A DNA stretch of 64,000 nucleotides from contig OZ244053.1 of NCBI GenBank assembly GCA_965215235.1, positions 2,471,192 to 2,535,191 of the forward strand. Direction: 5' to 3'. This document shows, in pieces, positions 31,713-42,550 of the stretch. The position numbers and the translations under genes were made by a program. The notes beneath the pieces were generated by a model. That model was not told the DNA's origin. It worked only from the letters and a program-made list of their open reading frames with translations, and searched no databases. The DNA comes from Terriglobia bacterium (GTDB taxonomy: Bacteria > Acidobacteriota > Terriglobia > Versatilivoradales > Versatilivoraceae). The first letter of the stretch is position 1. Every line of letters starts with the position of its first letter.

Positions 31713-33002
31713 ATGGTCAGAACCTCTATGTATGAAGCTAATCGGCCCGTTCCCCTCGGAGAAATGGAGATCGAGTTCGTCATCGATGGACGATCCGTCC
31801 GAGCTCGGGCGAGAGCCGTCGAATACCTGCTCCCCCATCCGATCCTTGCCTTGGAGGTAAGCGATGTTCCTCGGGAACCTTGGTCTGTTGAGCCTGCGGC
31901 TGAACGGCCCAACGTCAAGATATTAAGCGCTCCCGTGATGTCTGAAGGACCTTCAGGTATCACCTTGGAGAATGGCATACAATTGGATGTACTTCCTTTT
32001 TCGTGGGCAGCTACTCAGCGGGATGCCACCCTCTACCTCGCGCAATCACCTTCTGTTGTCTTACAGACGGGCAGTCGCCTCGAGTCTTTACAATTCAATA
32101 TCCTCAACTTTTCGAGGGATTTGCCTTTCGGAACAGTTGCCTTAAACGCTGATCCATGGGCGATAACCATCTACTCGGTTCCAAGTCTTAACAAACTCAA
32201 GGAAACACTCAGAGCTGATGGAGGATACGCTGTCACTCATAACGGGGTAATCAAACTTCGGGGTGACGACACATTCTCTGTCGAAGAAGTTATGGATCTA
32301 CTCTATGGGTTGGATGATTTCCTTTCATTTGTGTGTGGATCCTACTGTTCGCTAACCAATGTGGTTGGCATTGAAAGTGAGGATAATGAAGCCTGGAAAC
32401 GATGGGGATCACATCATGTATCGTCGTGGGGTCACCACCGGTCTTGGTTTGACATTACTGTCGGTGGTGCGCTTTTGGAAATCTTTCCGGTCTTCTGGCA
32501 GGAGTACAAGAAAAACACGAAAACTCTGAGTAGGGTTTTGAAATTGTACGCACATAGCAACGAGACCTTTTCCATAGATGTGAGTTGTATTCTCAGCCAG
32601 ACTGCCCTTGAAATGCTTTCCTACCTAACGGTCGGTAGCCAGACAAACCAAGAAAAACCTGGTCAGTGGATAGAGAGAGCTCTCAATCAGGCTGGAATTC
32701 CCTTCGTAATTTCTCCCCAATGCAAGGATTTGGAGGGGTTCCGCCAGCAAAATCGGCTGACGCATGGGCCACACGCATTAGTTGAGATTCGGAACTCAAT
32801 CATTCACCGCAATGCAGGGCATGGCGATATTCCCTTCGATGTGTATCGCGAAGGGTCCCAACTGGGACTGTGGTACATAGAACTAATGCTATTGCAAAGA
32901 TTTGGTTATACGGGTAAATACGCAAATCGTCTGGAACCGGTGGGATTTGCTGGCCGTACCGAGCCTGTTCCATGGGTATCAGGCCAAGGAGTCAACCCAT
33001 GA
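31713..33002 (+). CDS. Hypothetical protein (429 aa) embedded between hsdS and hsdR
   Basis: Strong ORF starting 4 nt after the hsdS stop, low GC. No Walker A, so not PrrC-like. Its stop overlaps an hsdR-start remnant (ATGA). Confidence 0.6.
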   Translation: MVRTSMYEANRPVPLGEMEIEFVIDGRSVRARARAVEYLLPHPILALEVSDVPREPWSVEPAAERPNVKILSAPVMSEGPSGITLENGIQLDVLPFSWAATQRDATLYLAQSPSVVLQTGSRLESLQFNILNFSRDLPFGTVALNADPWAITIYSVPSLNKLKETLRADGGYAVTHNGVIKLRGDDTFSVEEVMDLLYGLDDFLSFVCGSYCSLTNVVGIESEDNEAWKRWGSHHVSSWGHHRSWFDITVGGALLEIFPVFWQEYKKNTKTLSRVLKLYAHSNETFSIDVSCILSQTALEMLSYLTVGSQTNQEKPGQWIERALNQAGIPFVISPQCKDLEGFRQQNRLTHGPHALVEIRNSIIHRNAGHGDIPFDVYREGSQLGLWYIELMLLQRFGYTGKYANRLEPVGFAGRTEPVPWVSGQGVNP

Positions 33003-33049
33003 CCACCATCACCAAGGCCGACGCCAAGCAGGCCGCCCCTGGACCCTGA
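32999..33049 (+). pseudogene. hsdR 5'-end remnant 1 ('MTTITKADAKQAAPGP*')
   Basis: 'ATGACCACCATCACCAAGGCCGACGCCAAGCAGGCC' parallels the real hsdR start 'ATGACCACCCTCACCGAAGCCGACGTCGAGCAAGCGGCC' at 35527. Confidence 0.55.
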
Positions 33050-33060
33050 GAGTGTGAGCG

Positions 33061-33612
33061 TTGAGCAGCCGCTACGACCCGGAATGCCATCACCGGCGCT
33101 CCATCCGGCTGAAGGGGTACGACTACACACAGCCGGGTACCTATTTCGTCACTCTATGCACACGCGACCGCAAGTTTCTGTTCGGTGATATCGTGAACGG
33201 CGCAATGTGTTTGAACGATGCAGGGAGACTGATCGCCGATGCGTGGAAATGGCTGTCGATTCAGTACCCTTACGTGATGTTGGACGAATACGTCGTCATG
33301 CCTAATCATCTGCACGGCATCATTGTGATCGCCGACCATCGTAGGGGCGGTTCGCGAACCGCCCCTACCCCTATCCGTCGTAAGCCCTTGGGAGGTCTCA
33401 TAGGCGCATTCAAAACCACCGCAGCCAAGCACGTCAACCGTATCCGTAATACGCCCAATCAACCCATTTGGCAGCGCAACTATTACGAGCGCGTCATTCG
33501 AAATGAGAACGAACTGGACCGGGTTCGGGAGTACATAATCAGCAATCCAGCGCGGTGGGCTTTCGATTCCGAGAACCCGCTGGCCGCAATGCCCAAGGAA
33601 AAGGACGCATGA
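33061..33612 (+). mobile_element. REP-associated tyrosine transposase (RAYT; IS200/IS605 Y1 transposase-like)
   Basis: 'GTYFVTLCTRDR', 'MPNHLHGIIVI' (HuH motif) and 'QRNYYERVIRNE' (catalytic Tyr region). 183 aa, typical RAYT size. Confidence 0.8.
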
Positions 33613-33677
33613 CCACCCTCACCGAAGCCGATGCGCTCATCGCGCTGGAGAAGCGCCGGATAGATGCGACCGAATGA
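33609..33677 (+). pseudogene. hsdR 5'-end remnant 2 ('[22 protein letters not shown]')
   Basis: First 24 nt match the real hsdR start. ATGA overlap with the RAYT stop. Confidence 0.55.
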
Positions 33678-33822
33678 GATTACCCGGACTTCGGCGGACC
33701 GGTCACAGTTCCGTTGGTCTCGATCGACGGGCTCGAATCATTCCTTCTTGATCTGCGCCGGGCGCGGACCGACCTCGACAAGGGCACCTGCCCAAACCGC
33801 GGCCGGCAGGTCGTAGTCCCTC

Positions 33823-34047
33823 GTGCGGCTGGATTTTGGTGGCACGCCACATCGCAACCCGGACGGGGAGCAAGCCGGGTCACCGCGCCTCCATCTTTAC
33901 CGCGAGGAATTTGGCGATAAGTGGGCGTTTACCGTCCCGAGCGACCGATTCACGAACTTGGACGATCCATGGCAAACGCTTGAAGACTTCATGCGGTTCT
34001 GCAACATCGTCGAACTGCCCGTCATCCGGAAGGGGCTGTTCACATGA
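33823..34047 (+). CDS. Hypothetical small protein (74 aa)
   Basis: ORF whose stop overlaps the next gene's start (ATGA). Confidence 0.25.
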   Translation: MRLDFGGTPHRNPDGEQAGSPRLHLYREEFGDKWAFTVPSDRFTNLDDPWQTLEDFMRFCNIVELPVIRKGLFT

Positions 34048-34808
34048 TCGGAGAAATTCAATCGCTGCTGGATCAGTATTGGATCTGGTTGCGGGACAGG
34101 ACCAGCCTTCGCCAGATCGATGACTGGACAGAAATTACTACACCGTACCTGGACCGACACAACGACTGCCTCCAGATCTACGCTAAACGCGACAACGGAG
34201 GGTTCGTGCTGACGGACGACGGTTACGTTCTCGAAGATCTGGAGCAGTCCGGCTGCAAGATCGACAGCGCCAAGCGCCAAGCATTGTTCAGGACGACGCT
34301 CAACGGTTTCGGCGTGAAGGTCAACGAGAAGGCGCTCGAAGTGCGGGCGTCGCCGGACAATTTCGCGCTGCGAAAGCACAATCTTGTGCAGGCGATGCTC
34401 GCCGTCAACGATCTCTTCTACTTGGCATCGTCCACAATCGCCAGCTTGTTCCATGAAGACGTGGTGGCTTGGCTCGATCTCTCCGACATCCGGTATACGC
34501 CCAGCGTGAAGTTCACGGGCAAGAGCGGCTATGATCATCGATTCGATTTCGTCATACCGAAGTCGAGAGTCCAGCCGGAGCGTGTACTGCGCGCCATCAA
34601 CCGCCCGAGCCGTGACACCGCGCAGGCGATGGCGTTCTCCTGGGTCGACATCAGGGAGGTGCGTTCTCTGGAATCCCGCGCCTATGCGATCCTGAACGAC
34701 TCGGACCAACCAATCTCGGCGAGCGTGCTGGACGCGATGCGCAGCTACGACGTGCATCCGGTCCCATGGTCGGGCCGAGATGAAGCGCGCGAGGAACTCG
34801 CCGCGTGA
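34044..34808 (+). CDS. DUF1828/DUF1829-like hypothetical protein
   Basis: '[39 protein letters not shown]' resembles the DUF1828 N-terminal signature. The C-terminal half is DUF1829-like. This is a family call from memory. Confidence 0.45.
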   Translation: MIGEIQSLLDQYWIWLRDRTSLRQIDDWTEITTPYLDRHNDCLQIYAKRDNGGFVLTDDGYVLEDLEQSGCKIDSAKRQALFRTTLNGFGVKVNEKALEVRASPDNFALRKHNLVQAMLAVNDLFYLASSTIASLFHEDVVAWLDLSDIRYTPSVKFTGKSGYDHRFDFVIPKSRVQPERVLRAINRPSRDTAQAMAFSWVDIREVRSLESRAYAILNDSDQPISASVLDAMRSYDVHPVPWSGRDEAREELAA

Positions 34809-35502
34809 TTCCTTCCCGGGTGATGGAATCCGAAGTTGAAGACGCCGCCCCGCCTAGCTGGAGAGCTTGGGCTGGTGCGTCTGCACAGACAGCCCGGTTG
34901 TTCAATCTGTCTGCCCTGGCCTCGCCTTTCCAACTCAGCCGCCTTACCATCGGGGACTACATTGGATTGCTGGAGCGCCTGTTTCTTATCGACCGGCTCC
35001 CGCCGTGGCGCGGCAACCGGCTGAGTCGTCTGGTCAAAACCCCAAAGCTCCACGTCGGCGACACCGGACTCGGGTGTGCTCTGATTGGGTGTAACCCCGG
35101 CGCTCTGGCCCAGGATCGCCACTCTTGGGGCAGTTTCTGGAAACTTTCGTGTTTCAGGAATTGAAGCGGCAGGCCATCTGCCAGGAGCAACCCCTATCGT
35201 TTTATCACTACCGCGACAAGGATCAGGTGGAAGTTGACATTGTCATCGAGCGGGGAGCAACATCTGTAGCCGGCGTTGAGGTGAAAGCCTCCGCCACGGT
35301 AACCACGTCCGATTTTCGGGGCCTCCATAAATTGAAGAGAGTCACCAGCGAGAGGTTCGCTTCCGGGGTGATACTCTACGACGGCGAGATAGCCTCCAGC
35401 TTCGGCGGCCAGATGTTCGCCGTGCCGATTCGATCCCTGTGTGAAGGCCGGAGCGTTAGGCCAGGCTCATTCCTCCCGGGAGGGGACCGGTTGGCGCCGT
35501 AG
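34805..35502 (+). pseudogene. DUF4143/AAA-ATPase family C-terminal fragment (N-terminal ATPase domain missing; internal frameshift at about 35120)
   Basis: 'LTIGDYIGLLERLFLIDRLPPWRGNRLSRLVKTPKLHVGDTGLGCALIG' and 'FLETFVFQELKRQA...YHYRDKDQVEVDIVIERG' are the DUF4143 C-terminal region split across two frames. No Walker A portion is present. Confidence 0.6.
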
Positions 35503-35526
35503 TTCATCGGCTCTCTGAGATTTACT

Positions 35527-38500
35527 ATGACCACCCTCACCGAAGCCGACGTCGAGCAAGCGGCCCTGGACTGGCTGGAGGGCCTCGGCTGGCGGCTGGC
35601 CCGCGGGCCGGATATCGCCCCCGATACTCTTGCCGCGGAGCGCACCGACTACGGGCAAGTGGTGTTGGAGCGGCGGCTGCGGGATGCCCTGGCCGAGTTG
35701 AATCCCGATCTCCCCGCCGGGGCGCTGGACGACGCCTTTCGCAGGTTGACCCGCCCGGAGGGGGCGACGCTGGAAGCCCGCAACCGCGCCTTTCACCGGA
35801 TGCTGGTGGAGGGTGTGACGGTCGAATACCGCACCGATGCCGGCGCAATCCGCGGGGCGCAGGCGCGGGTCATCGACTTCGAAGATTCTAGCAACAACGA
35901 CTGGCTGGCGGTCAACCAGTTCACCGTCAGCGAGAGCAGGAACACCCGCAGGCCCGACGTCGTGCTGTTTGTCAACGGTCTGCCCCTGGGCGTCATCGAG
36001 CTCAAGAACCCGGCGGACGAAGACGCCACCCTCTGGACCGCTTGGCAACAACTACAGACCTACAAGGTCGAGTTGCCTTCGCTGTTCTCCATGAACGAGC
36101 TGCTCATCGTCTCCGACGGGACGCAGGCCCGCATCGGCACGCTCACCGCCGGGCGGGAGTGGTTCAAGCCCTGGCGCACCATATCGGGCGAAGCTCTGGC
36201 CGACCCGCACATGCCCGAACTCCAGGTGATGCTGGAAGGCGTCTGCGCTCACGAGCGGTTCCTGGCTATCGCCCGCGACTTCACCGTGTTCGAGGACGGC
36301 GGCGGCGGGGCGCTGGTCAAGAAGATGACCGGCTATCACCAGTTCCACGCGGTGCGGGTGGCGGTGGCGGAGACTTTGCGGGCATCCGAGTTACAGCGCA
36401 TCGCCGATAAGTCCGGCAGATACGAGTCGGGCCGCAAGCCGGGCGGCGACCCGGGCGACCACCGCATCGGCGTGGTCTGGCACACTCAGGGATCGGGCAA
36501 GAGCCTGACCATGGCCTTCTACGCCGGAGCCATCATCCGCGAGCCGGCCATGGAGAACCCCACCATCGTCGTGCTGACCGACCGCAACGACCTGGACGAT
36601 CAGCTTTTCGGTACCTTCTCCCGCTGCCAGGACCTCTTGCGCCAGCCACCCGTGCAGGCCGAGAGCCGGGCCGACCTGCGCCGCAAGCTCGCCGTCGCAT
36701 CGGGCGGCGTGGTGTTCACCACCATCCAGAAGTTCTTCCCCGAGGAGACAGGAGATATCTACCCTGCACTCTCCAACCGTCGCAACGTCGTGGTCATTGC
36801 CGACGAGGCCCATCGCAGCCAGTACGACTTCATCGACGGGTTCGCGCGCCACATGCGCGACGCGCTGCCGCATGCCTCCTTCGTTGGTTTCACCGGCACG
36901 CCGATCGAATTGCGGGACGCCAACACCCGGGCCGTGTTCGGCGACTACATCAGCATCTACGACGTCCGGCGTTCGGTCGAGGACGGGGCCACGGTGCCCA
37001 TCCACTACGAGAGCCGTCTTGCCAGGCTGGCCCTGGACGAGAGCGAACGACCGACCATCGACACGGAGTTCGAGGAGGCCACCGAGGGCGAGGAGGTGGA
37101 GCGCAAGGAGAAGCTCAAGATCAGATGGGCGCAACTGGAGGCCGTCGTCGGCGCGGAGAAGCGGCTGAAGCGGGTGGCCGAGGATATCGCGGCCCATTTC
37201 GAGAAAAGGCTCGAAGTCCTTGACGGCAAGGCGATGGTGGCGTGCATGAGTCGGCGCATCTGCGTCGAGTTGTACCGGGAGCTCGTCCGATTGCGTCCCG
37301 ACTGGCGCGACGAGGACGACGACAGGGGAAGCATCAAGGTGGTGATGACCGGCGCCGCCTCCGACCCGCCTGAGTGGCAGGCGCACATCCGCAACAAACC
37401 GCGGCGTGAGGCTCTGGCGAAACGTTTCCGAGACCCCGAAGACCCGCTCCGGGTCGTGCTGGTGCGCGACATGTGGCTGACCGGCTTCGATGCGCCCAGC
37501 CTGCACACCATGTACGTGGACAAGCCGATGCGCGGTCACGGGCTGATGCAGGCCATCGCCCGGGTCAACCGGGTGTTTCGGGACAAGCCGGGCGGTCTGG
37601 TGGTGGATTACCTCGGCTTGGCTCCTGAATTGAAACGCGCGCTGGCGACTTACACCGAAAGCGGCGGCGCGGGCCGAACAGCCCTCGATCAGTCGGAGGC
37701 GGTGGCGGTGATGATCGAGAAGTACGAAATCTGCCGCGGCCTGTTCCACGGCTTCGACTGGTCGAAGTGGATCGCCGGCGCGCCGGTGGAGCGGCTGGGC
37801 CTGCTGCCGGCCGCGCAAGAGCACGTCCTGGCGCAGGAGAACGGCAAGGATCGTTGCCTGCACGCAGTGCGCGAACTGTCTCAAGCCTTCGCGCTGGCCG
37901 TCCCGCACGAGGACGCGCTGCGCATCCGCGACGACGTGGCCTTCTTTCAGGCAGTGAGCGGCAGCCTCGCCAAACGCGCTCCCGGTGAGACGCGGCCCGA
38001 AGAAGAGTTGGACCATGCGCTGCGCCAGATTGTCTCGCGCGCGGTGGCCTCCGAAGGCGTCATCGACATTTTCGCCGCCGCCGGGCTGAAGAAGCCCGAC
38101 ATCTCGATCCTCTCCGATGACTTCCTGGCCGAGGTGCGCGGCATTCCCCAGCCCAACCTGGCCGTCGAGCTGCTGCGGAAGCTGCTGAGGGGCGAGCTGG
38201 CTGCGCGCCGAAAGAAGAACGTCGTCCAGGCGAGATCTTTCGCCGAGATGCTGGAGCAAGCCCTCCGCCGCTATCAGAACCGCGCCGTCGAAGCTGCGCA
38301 GGTGATCGAAGAGTTGATCCAACTGGCCCGGGACCTCCGCGAGGCCAACGCCCGCGGCGAAGAGCTCGGGCTGTCGGAAGACGAGCTGGCTTTCTACGAC
38401 GCGCTGGAGACCAACGACAGCGCGGTCCGGGTGCTCGGCGATGAAACGCTCCGCGCCATCGCCCGCCAACTGGTTGAAACCGTCCGCAACAACGTCACCG

Positions 38501-38655
38501 TCGACTGGACGCTGCGCGAGAACGTGCGCGCCCACCTCCGCGTACTGGTCAAGCGCATACTGCGCAAGCACGGCTACCCGCCGGACAAGCAGGAGAAAGC
38601 AACGCTGACCGTTCTGGAGCAAGCCGAGGCCCTGTCCGCCGGCTGGGCTGTCTGA
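35527..38655 (+). CDS. hsdR: Type I restriction enzyme R subunit HsdR
   Basis: '[22 protein letters not shown]' N-terminus. SF2 helicase motifs ([26 protein letters not shown]). 1042 aa. Confidence 0.9.
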   Translation: MTTLTEADVEQAALDWLEGLGWRLARGPDIAPDTLAAERTDYGQVVLERRLRDALAELNPDLPAGALDDAFRRLTRPEGATLEARNRAFHRMLVEGVTVEYRTDAGAIRGAQARVIDFEDSSNNDWLAVNQFTVSESRNTRRPDVVLFVNGLPLGVIELKNPADEDATLWTAWQQLQTYKVELPSLFSMNELLIVSDGTQARIGTLTAGREWFKPWRTISGEALADPHMPELQVMLEGVCAHERFLAIARDFTVFEDGGGGALVKKMTGYHQFHAVRVAVAETLRASELQRIADKSGRYESGRKPGGDPGDHRIGVVWHTQGSGKSLTMAFYAGAIIREPAMENPTIVVLTDRNDLDDQLFGTFSRCQDLLRQPPVQAESRADLRRKLAVASGGVVFTTIQKFFPEETGDIYPALSNRRNVVVIADEAHRSQYDFIDGFARHMRDALPHASFVGFTGTPIELRDANTRAVFGDYISIYDVRRSVEDGATVPIHYESRLARLALDESERPTIDTEFEEATEGEEVERKEKLKIRWAQLEAVVGAEKRLKRVAEDIAAHFEKRLEVLDGKAMVACMSRRICVELYRELVRLRPDWRDEDDDRGSIKVVMTGAASDPPEWQAHIRNKPRREALAKRFRDPEDPLRVVLVRDMWLTGFDAPSLHTMYVDKPMRGHGLMQAIARVNRVFRDKPGGLVVDYLGLAPELKRALATYTESGGAGRTALDQSEAVAVMIEKYEICRGLFHGFDWSKWIAGAPVERLGLLPAAQEHVLAQENGKDRCLHAVRELSQAFALAVPHEDALRIRDDVAFFQAVSGSLAKRAPGETRPEEELDHALRQIVSRAVASEGVIDIFAAAGLKKPDISILSDDFLAEVRGIPQPNLAVELLRKLLRGELAARRKKNVVQARSFAEMLEQALRRYQNRAVEAAQVIEELIQLARDLREANARGEELGLSEDELAFYDALETNDSAVRVLGDETLRAIARQLVETVRNNVTVDWTLRENVRAHLRVLVKRILRKHGYPPDKQEKATLTVLEQAEALSAGWAV

Positions 38656-38815
38656 GCCGGTTCCGGACGGCTGCAGGGGGAGCCTGGTCGGCAGCCGAAC
38701 AAGCCCTTTTCGGGGAGATCCCTTTAGAGATGAACGGTGAGTCCAAGGGCGACCGCAACACTGACCGGGACAGGCAGCGAGCCTCGGTCTTCAGGCCGGA
38801 GCTGCCGCGCAGTCC

Positions 38816-39970
38816 TCACCAGTAGGAGCCGATCCAGGTGGCCTCCTGGGGGAGCTTCAGAGGAGGGTGGCGGCGGATGGCCTCTTCGTTGATGTCGGTA
38901 CCCAATCCCGGACCCTGGGGAATGCTGAGGTATCCGTTTCGGTACTCGATGGGTTCCGTGAGCACCTGGTTGTAGCGCTCCAGGTAGGGATAGAAGAATT
39001 CCTGGATCAGGACGTTGGGGATACAGGCGTCCAGATGCAGGCTGGCGACTGTCGACAGGGGTCCGTTGGAGTTGTGAGGCTGGACACTGACGTAATAGGT
39101 TTCGGCCATGGCTGCGATTTTTTTCAGTTCCAGGATGCCCCCGGCGTGACAGATGTCGGGTTGGATGACGCGAGCGGCCTGTTTTTCCAGCAGAGGCCGA
39201 AAATCCCAGCGGGTGTACAAGCGCTCGCCGGTGGCGACCGGCAGGCGAATGGCGCGCTGCACCTCTGCCATGGCGTCGATGTTGTCCGGGGGAATGGGTT
39301 CTTCATAGAAGAAGGGGTCCAGAGGTTCGAGCTTGTGCGCCATGCGAATGGCGCTCCACACGTTGAAACGGCCGTGGCATTCGATCAGCAGATCGACGTC
39401 CGGACTCACGGCCTGGCGCACGGCCTGGACCGACTCGATGGCATATTTCTCCTCGCTTTTGGGGATGACTTGTCCGCCCTGGCGGAAGGGGTCCCATTTC
39501 ATAGCCGTGAATCCCTGCTCCACCATGGCTTGGGCCCGCAGGGCCACCGATTCAGGGGTGTCCTCGGCCTTGGTTTCCGTCACCACTCCCCGGAAGGCCC
39601 AGGCGTTGGCATAGGCTCGAACCCTGTCTCTCAGCCGCCCCCCCAACAGCTCATGGACAGGGACTCCCAAGGCTTTGCCCTTGATGTCCCAGAGGGCTTG
39701 CTCGACCCCGCTCAAGGCAGCCAGGTGGATGAGCTGGCCGTACCAGAAGGTCTGCTTGTAGAGTGAGTTCCAGATGAACTCGATCTGATGGGGATCCTTG
39801 CCAACGAGAAAGTCCCTGAACGACTCCAGCGCCTGGATCACTATGGGATCGTGGCGCTCCATGCTGGATTCTCCCACGCCCGTCAGGCCGACGTCGGTGT
39901 AAAGCTTCACGAAGATCCAATTGGCGTGGCCGCCGGCCATATGAAAAACTTTCAGATCTGTAATTTTCAC
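38816..39970 (-). CDS. Enolase-superfamily dehydratase (mandelate racemase/muconate lactonizing family; D-galactonate/mannonate dehydratase-like)
   Basis: 'MKITDLKVF...VKLYTDVGLTGVGE' N-terminal capping domain and barrel-domain metal-ligand regions. Confidence 0.75.
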   Translation of the reverse strand: MKITDLKVFHMAGGHANWIFVKLYTDVGLTGVGESSMERHDPIVIQALESFRDFLVGKDPHQIEFIWNSLYKQTFWYGQLIHLAALSGVEQALWDIKGKALGVPVHELLGGRLRDRVRAYANAWAFRGVVTETKAEDTPESVALRAQAMVEQGFTAMKWDPFRQGGQVIPKSEEKYAIESVQAVRQAVSPDVDLLIECHGRFNVWSAIRMAHKLEPLDPFFYEEPIPPDNIDAMAEVQRAIRLPVATGERLYTRWDFRPLLEKQAARVIQPDICHAGGILELKKIAAMAETYYVSVQPHNSNGPLSTVASLHLDACIPNVLIQEFFYPYLERYNQVLTEPIEYRNGYLSIPQGPGLGTDINEEAIRRHPPLKLPQEATWIGSYW

Positions 39971-40206
39971 GGTTGCCTTTCTGAGGGTGTGCGGTCTTCT
40001 GGGCTTTTCAGAACTCGCATCGGTTGCTTGGAACGCAAGCGTGTTGATCGCTCACCCCAAAGCCTCCGGGAAGGAGGCGGGGAAGGAAAGAAGATAATCA
40101 GACTGCCGGAATCCGACAATGACCCCCGTCATGGGATCGACCCGGGCTGGCCGTTTGGAACCTCCGGATGTCTGCGGCAAGTCACCAGGCGGGGGAAACC
40201 TATGGG

Positions 40207-41030
40207 TCACGGGAGACTCCACCGCACTGCTTCGACAAAAGGGAAGCTTTTCTGTCCTTGGGGGGAGAAACCATAGTAGAGGGTCAGCAGGTGGCGCGAG
40301 TCCAACCGGATCGAGCAGGGATAACCGCCACCCCCCCAGGAGTTATAACCCAACATGATCTTTTGGGCCTGATCCCAGGTTCGCCCGTCATCACGGCTCA
40401 AGAGAGCTTGAGCCCCGTAAGGAGGGTGGCGTACCCCGTGGCTCAGGATGACGATGCCATCGGGCATCTGCAGGAGGAATAAGAGGCCAGCGCCAAGTTG
40501 TCGGTTCGCGGTATCTTCGCTGGGGAACTCCAACTTTCGCCATGATCGGTGGAGCGAATGACGTCATAGGAAAGAAACCGGGCCTGGGGAGGGTCCTTTC
40601 CTCGAAAGAGGCGGAAGGTCTCGTAACCTAAAAGGACGGCGCCGTCCTTGAGCACACCGAGCGCCAGGTTGCCTTCGCTGTCGTCGCTGTCCACGAGAAC
40701 TTGGGGCTCGGACCAGTGAAGACCCCCATCTTTCGACCGAGCCCAAAGGACACGCCAGTCCGAATCAGCCTCCCAGGCTTGAAAGGCCGCCAAAATCTCA
40801 CCGTTCTTTAACCGGCAAACCAAAGGATGCCCGCCCCCGCTGCCGGGGGGTCCCTGGTAAATTCGGGTTCTGTCAGCCTTGAGAGATCGAAACAGGTGGA
40901 CTTCTCCTGCCTGCGCCATCCAAGTCCCGCTCGAAGAGCCAAGCAGGATCATCCCACTCAGAAGACAGGCCTGCCGCCAGGTTCTTGCTGAAAGGAATCT
41001 TGGGCGGTGACCTGGTTTCCTGGCAATCAT
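40207..41030 (-). pseudogene. BNR/Asp-box sialidase-like protein, frameshifted at about 40490
   Basis: Asp-boxes 'SKDGGLHWSEP', 'STDHGESWSSP' and 'SRDDGRTWD' across two overlapping ORFs. A single-base deletion would join '...IPRTDNLALAGLLFLLQMPDG...'. Confidence 0.55.
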
Positions 41031-41400
41031 CAGACGACTTCCTGGCTGAGGATCGGGTCAGTCTGCGTGACGTAGATATTATGACTTTTGGTCATCTTTG
41101 CCGCGCCCGCGCCGGTTCAAGCCTCGAGGGCATTTTGACGACGCGGCCCATAAACATAAAGAGGATCTTACCACAGCGATCTTTGCAGCGTAGATGCAGT
41201 GCGGATTCGATCGAGGGCGCTTTTTCACCGTCAGCGCCAGCCGGCTGCCTCTGATCAAGGCCGGCTTTACCCCATTTGCATCACCGGCGGCCTTGTGTGA
41301 CAATCGGAGCCCTGTAACGATGGGGGCCCACGGCGAATTCAACAGCGATTCGTCATGGCGGTCCCTTCCTTCCCGAGCGATTTATGTCTGCGGAGAACCC

Positions 41401-42503
41401 ATGTCTCAACCCTTGATTATCGATTTGCACCTGGATCTGGCCTGGGATGCTATCTTCTGGAATCGTAACCTCACCTTGACGGCTCACGAAGTGCGGCGCC
41501 AGGAAGCCAATGGACCTCCCCAAGTGGCGGCGGACTACAACGTGGGTCTCTGCACCGTGACCTTTCCGGAGATGCGTCGGGGCAATGTCGGCGTCATGCT
41601 GAGCACGATCATGTCGCGGATCGACGAGCGCCGGGGAGCGATGCGGGACGGCATGAGGACCCAGGAGCAGGCCATTGCCATGGGCCGCGGCCACTTGGCC
41701 TACTATCAGGTGATGGCCGAGCGGGGCCACATCAAGCCGGTCAAGTCCCTTCAGGATCTGGACGAAGCTGTCGAAGCCTGGAAAAACCCGACGGAACACA
41801 CCCCGGTCTATCACGTGCTCTCCATGGAAAGCGCCGATCCCATCATGGACCCCGACGACGTGGAGTTCTGGTGGAATGCGGGACTTCGCGTGGTCGGACC
41901 TGCGCACTTCGGGCACAATACCTACATCCACGGCACCAACACCGTGGGCGGCTTGAAGCCTCCGGCCAGGGACCTCTACCGGGCGATGCGCGCAGCCGGG
42001 ATGGTTCTGGACATCACCCACATGGCCGATCAAGCCGTCTGGGAGTCCTTCGAGATCTGGGATGGCCCGGTGATGGCTTCACACTGCGTTTGTCGTTCCA
42101 TCGTGAAGGGACAGCGGCACCTGACCGACGACATGATTCGAGAACTCATTCGTCGAGATGGCGTCATGGGCCTGGTTTTCTGCCAGTGGTTCATGGATCC
42201 CCAGGTCGAGTGGGAAAACAGGCCCGAGAAGTCGACCTACGTCTCAAAATACGGGATGGAGGGGCTGATTCCCCACATCGAACACATTGGCAATCTCGCC
42301 GGCGGGTCGCTGGAAAACATCGCCATAGGAACCGACATGGATGGAGGATTCGGCGCTGAGATCACTCCCACCGACGTGGACACCATCGCCGCCTGCAGGA
42401 GTTCTCGCCCGTGCTCAGGAAGGCCGGCTACGCCGAGGAAACCGTGGACGGCATCCTGAGCGGCAATGCCCTGCGGTTCCTCAGAAAGGCGTGGCAGCCG
42501 TAG
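41401..42503 (+). CDS. Membrane dipeptidase (peptidase M19)-like; apparent 1-bp deletion at about 42392 near the C-terminus
   Basis: 'MSQPLIIDLHLDLAWD' and M19-like core. The C-terminus 'LQEFSPVLRKAGYAEETVDGILSGNALRFLRKAWQP*' is in the +1 frame relative to the listed ORF. Confidence 0.6.
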
Positions 42504-42550
42504 GCTCAGGACGTTGGATCTTTTGGCATCAACAGGCTCGGAGAGTTGCT

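Noticed and set aside
36391-38622. 743-aa minus-strand ORF antisense to hsdR
   Set aside because: hsdR on the plus strand has unmistakable helicase motifs. The antisense translation is Arg/Ala/Gly-rich low-complexity sequence, characteristic of spurious high-GC ORFs.
41194-41400. Longer N-terminus for the M19 dipeptidase starting at 41194 or 41320
   Set aside because: The family's conserved N-terminal 'IDLHLDL' begins right after M at 41401. The extension has no signal peptide or conserved features.
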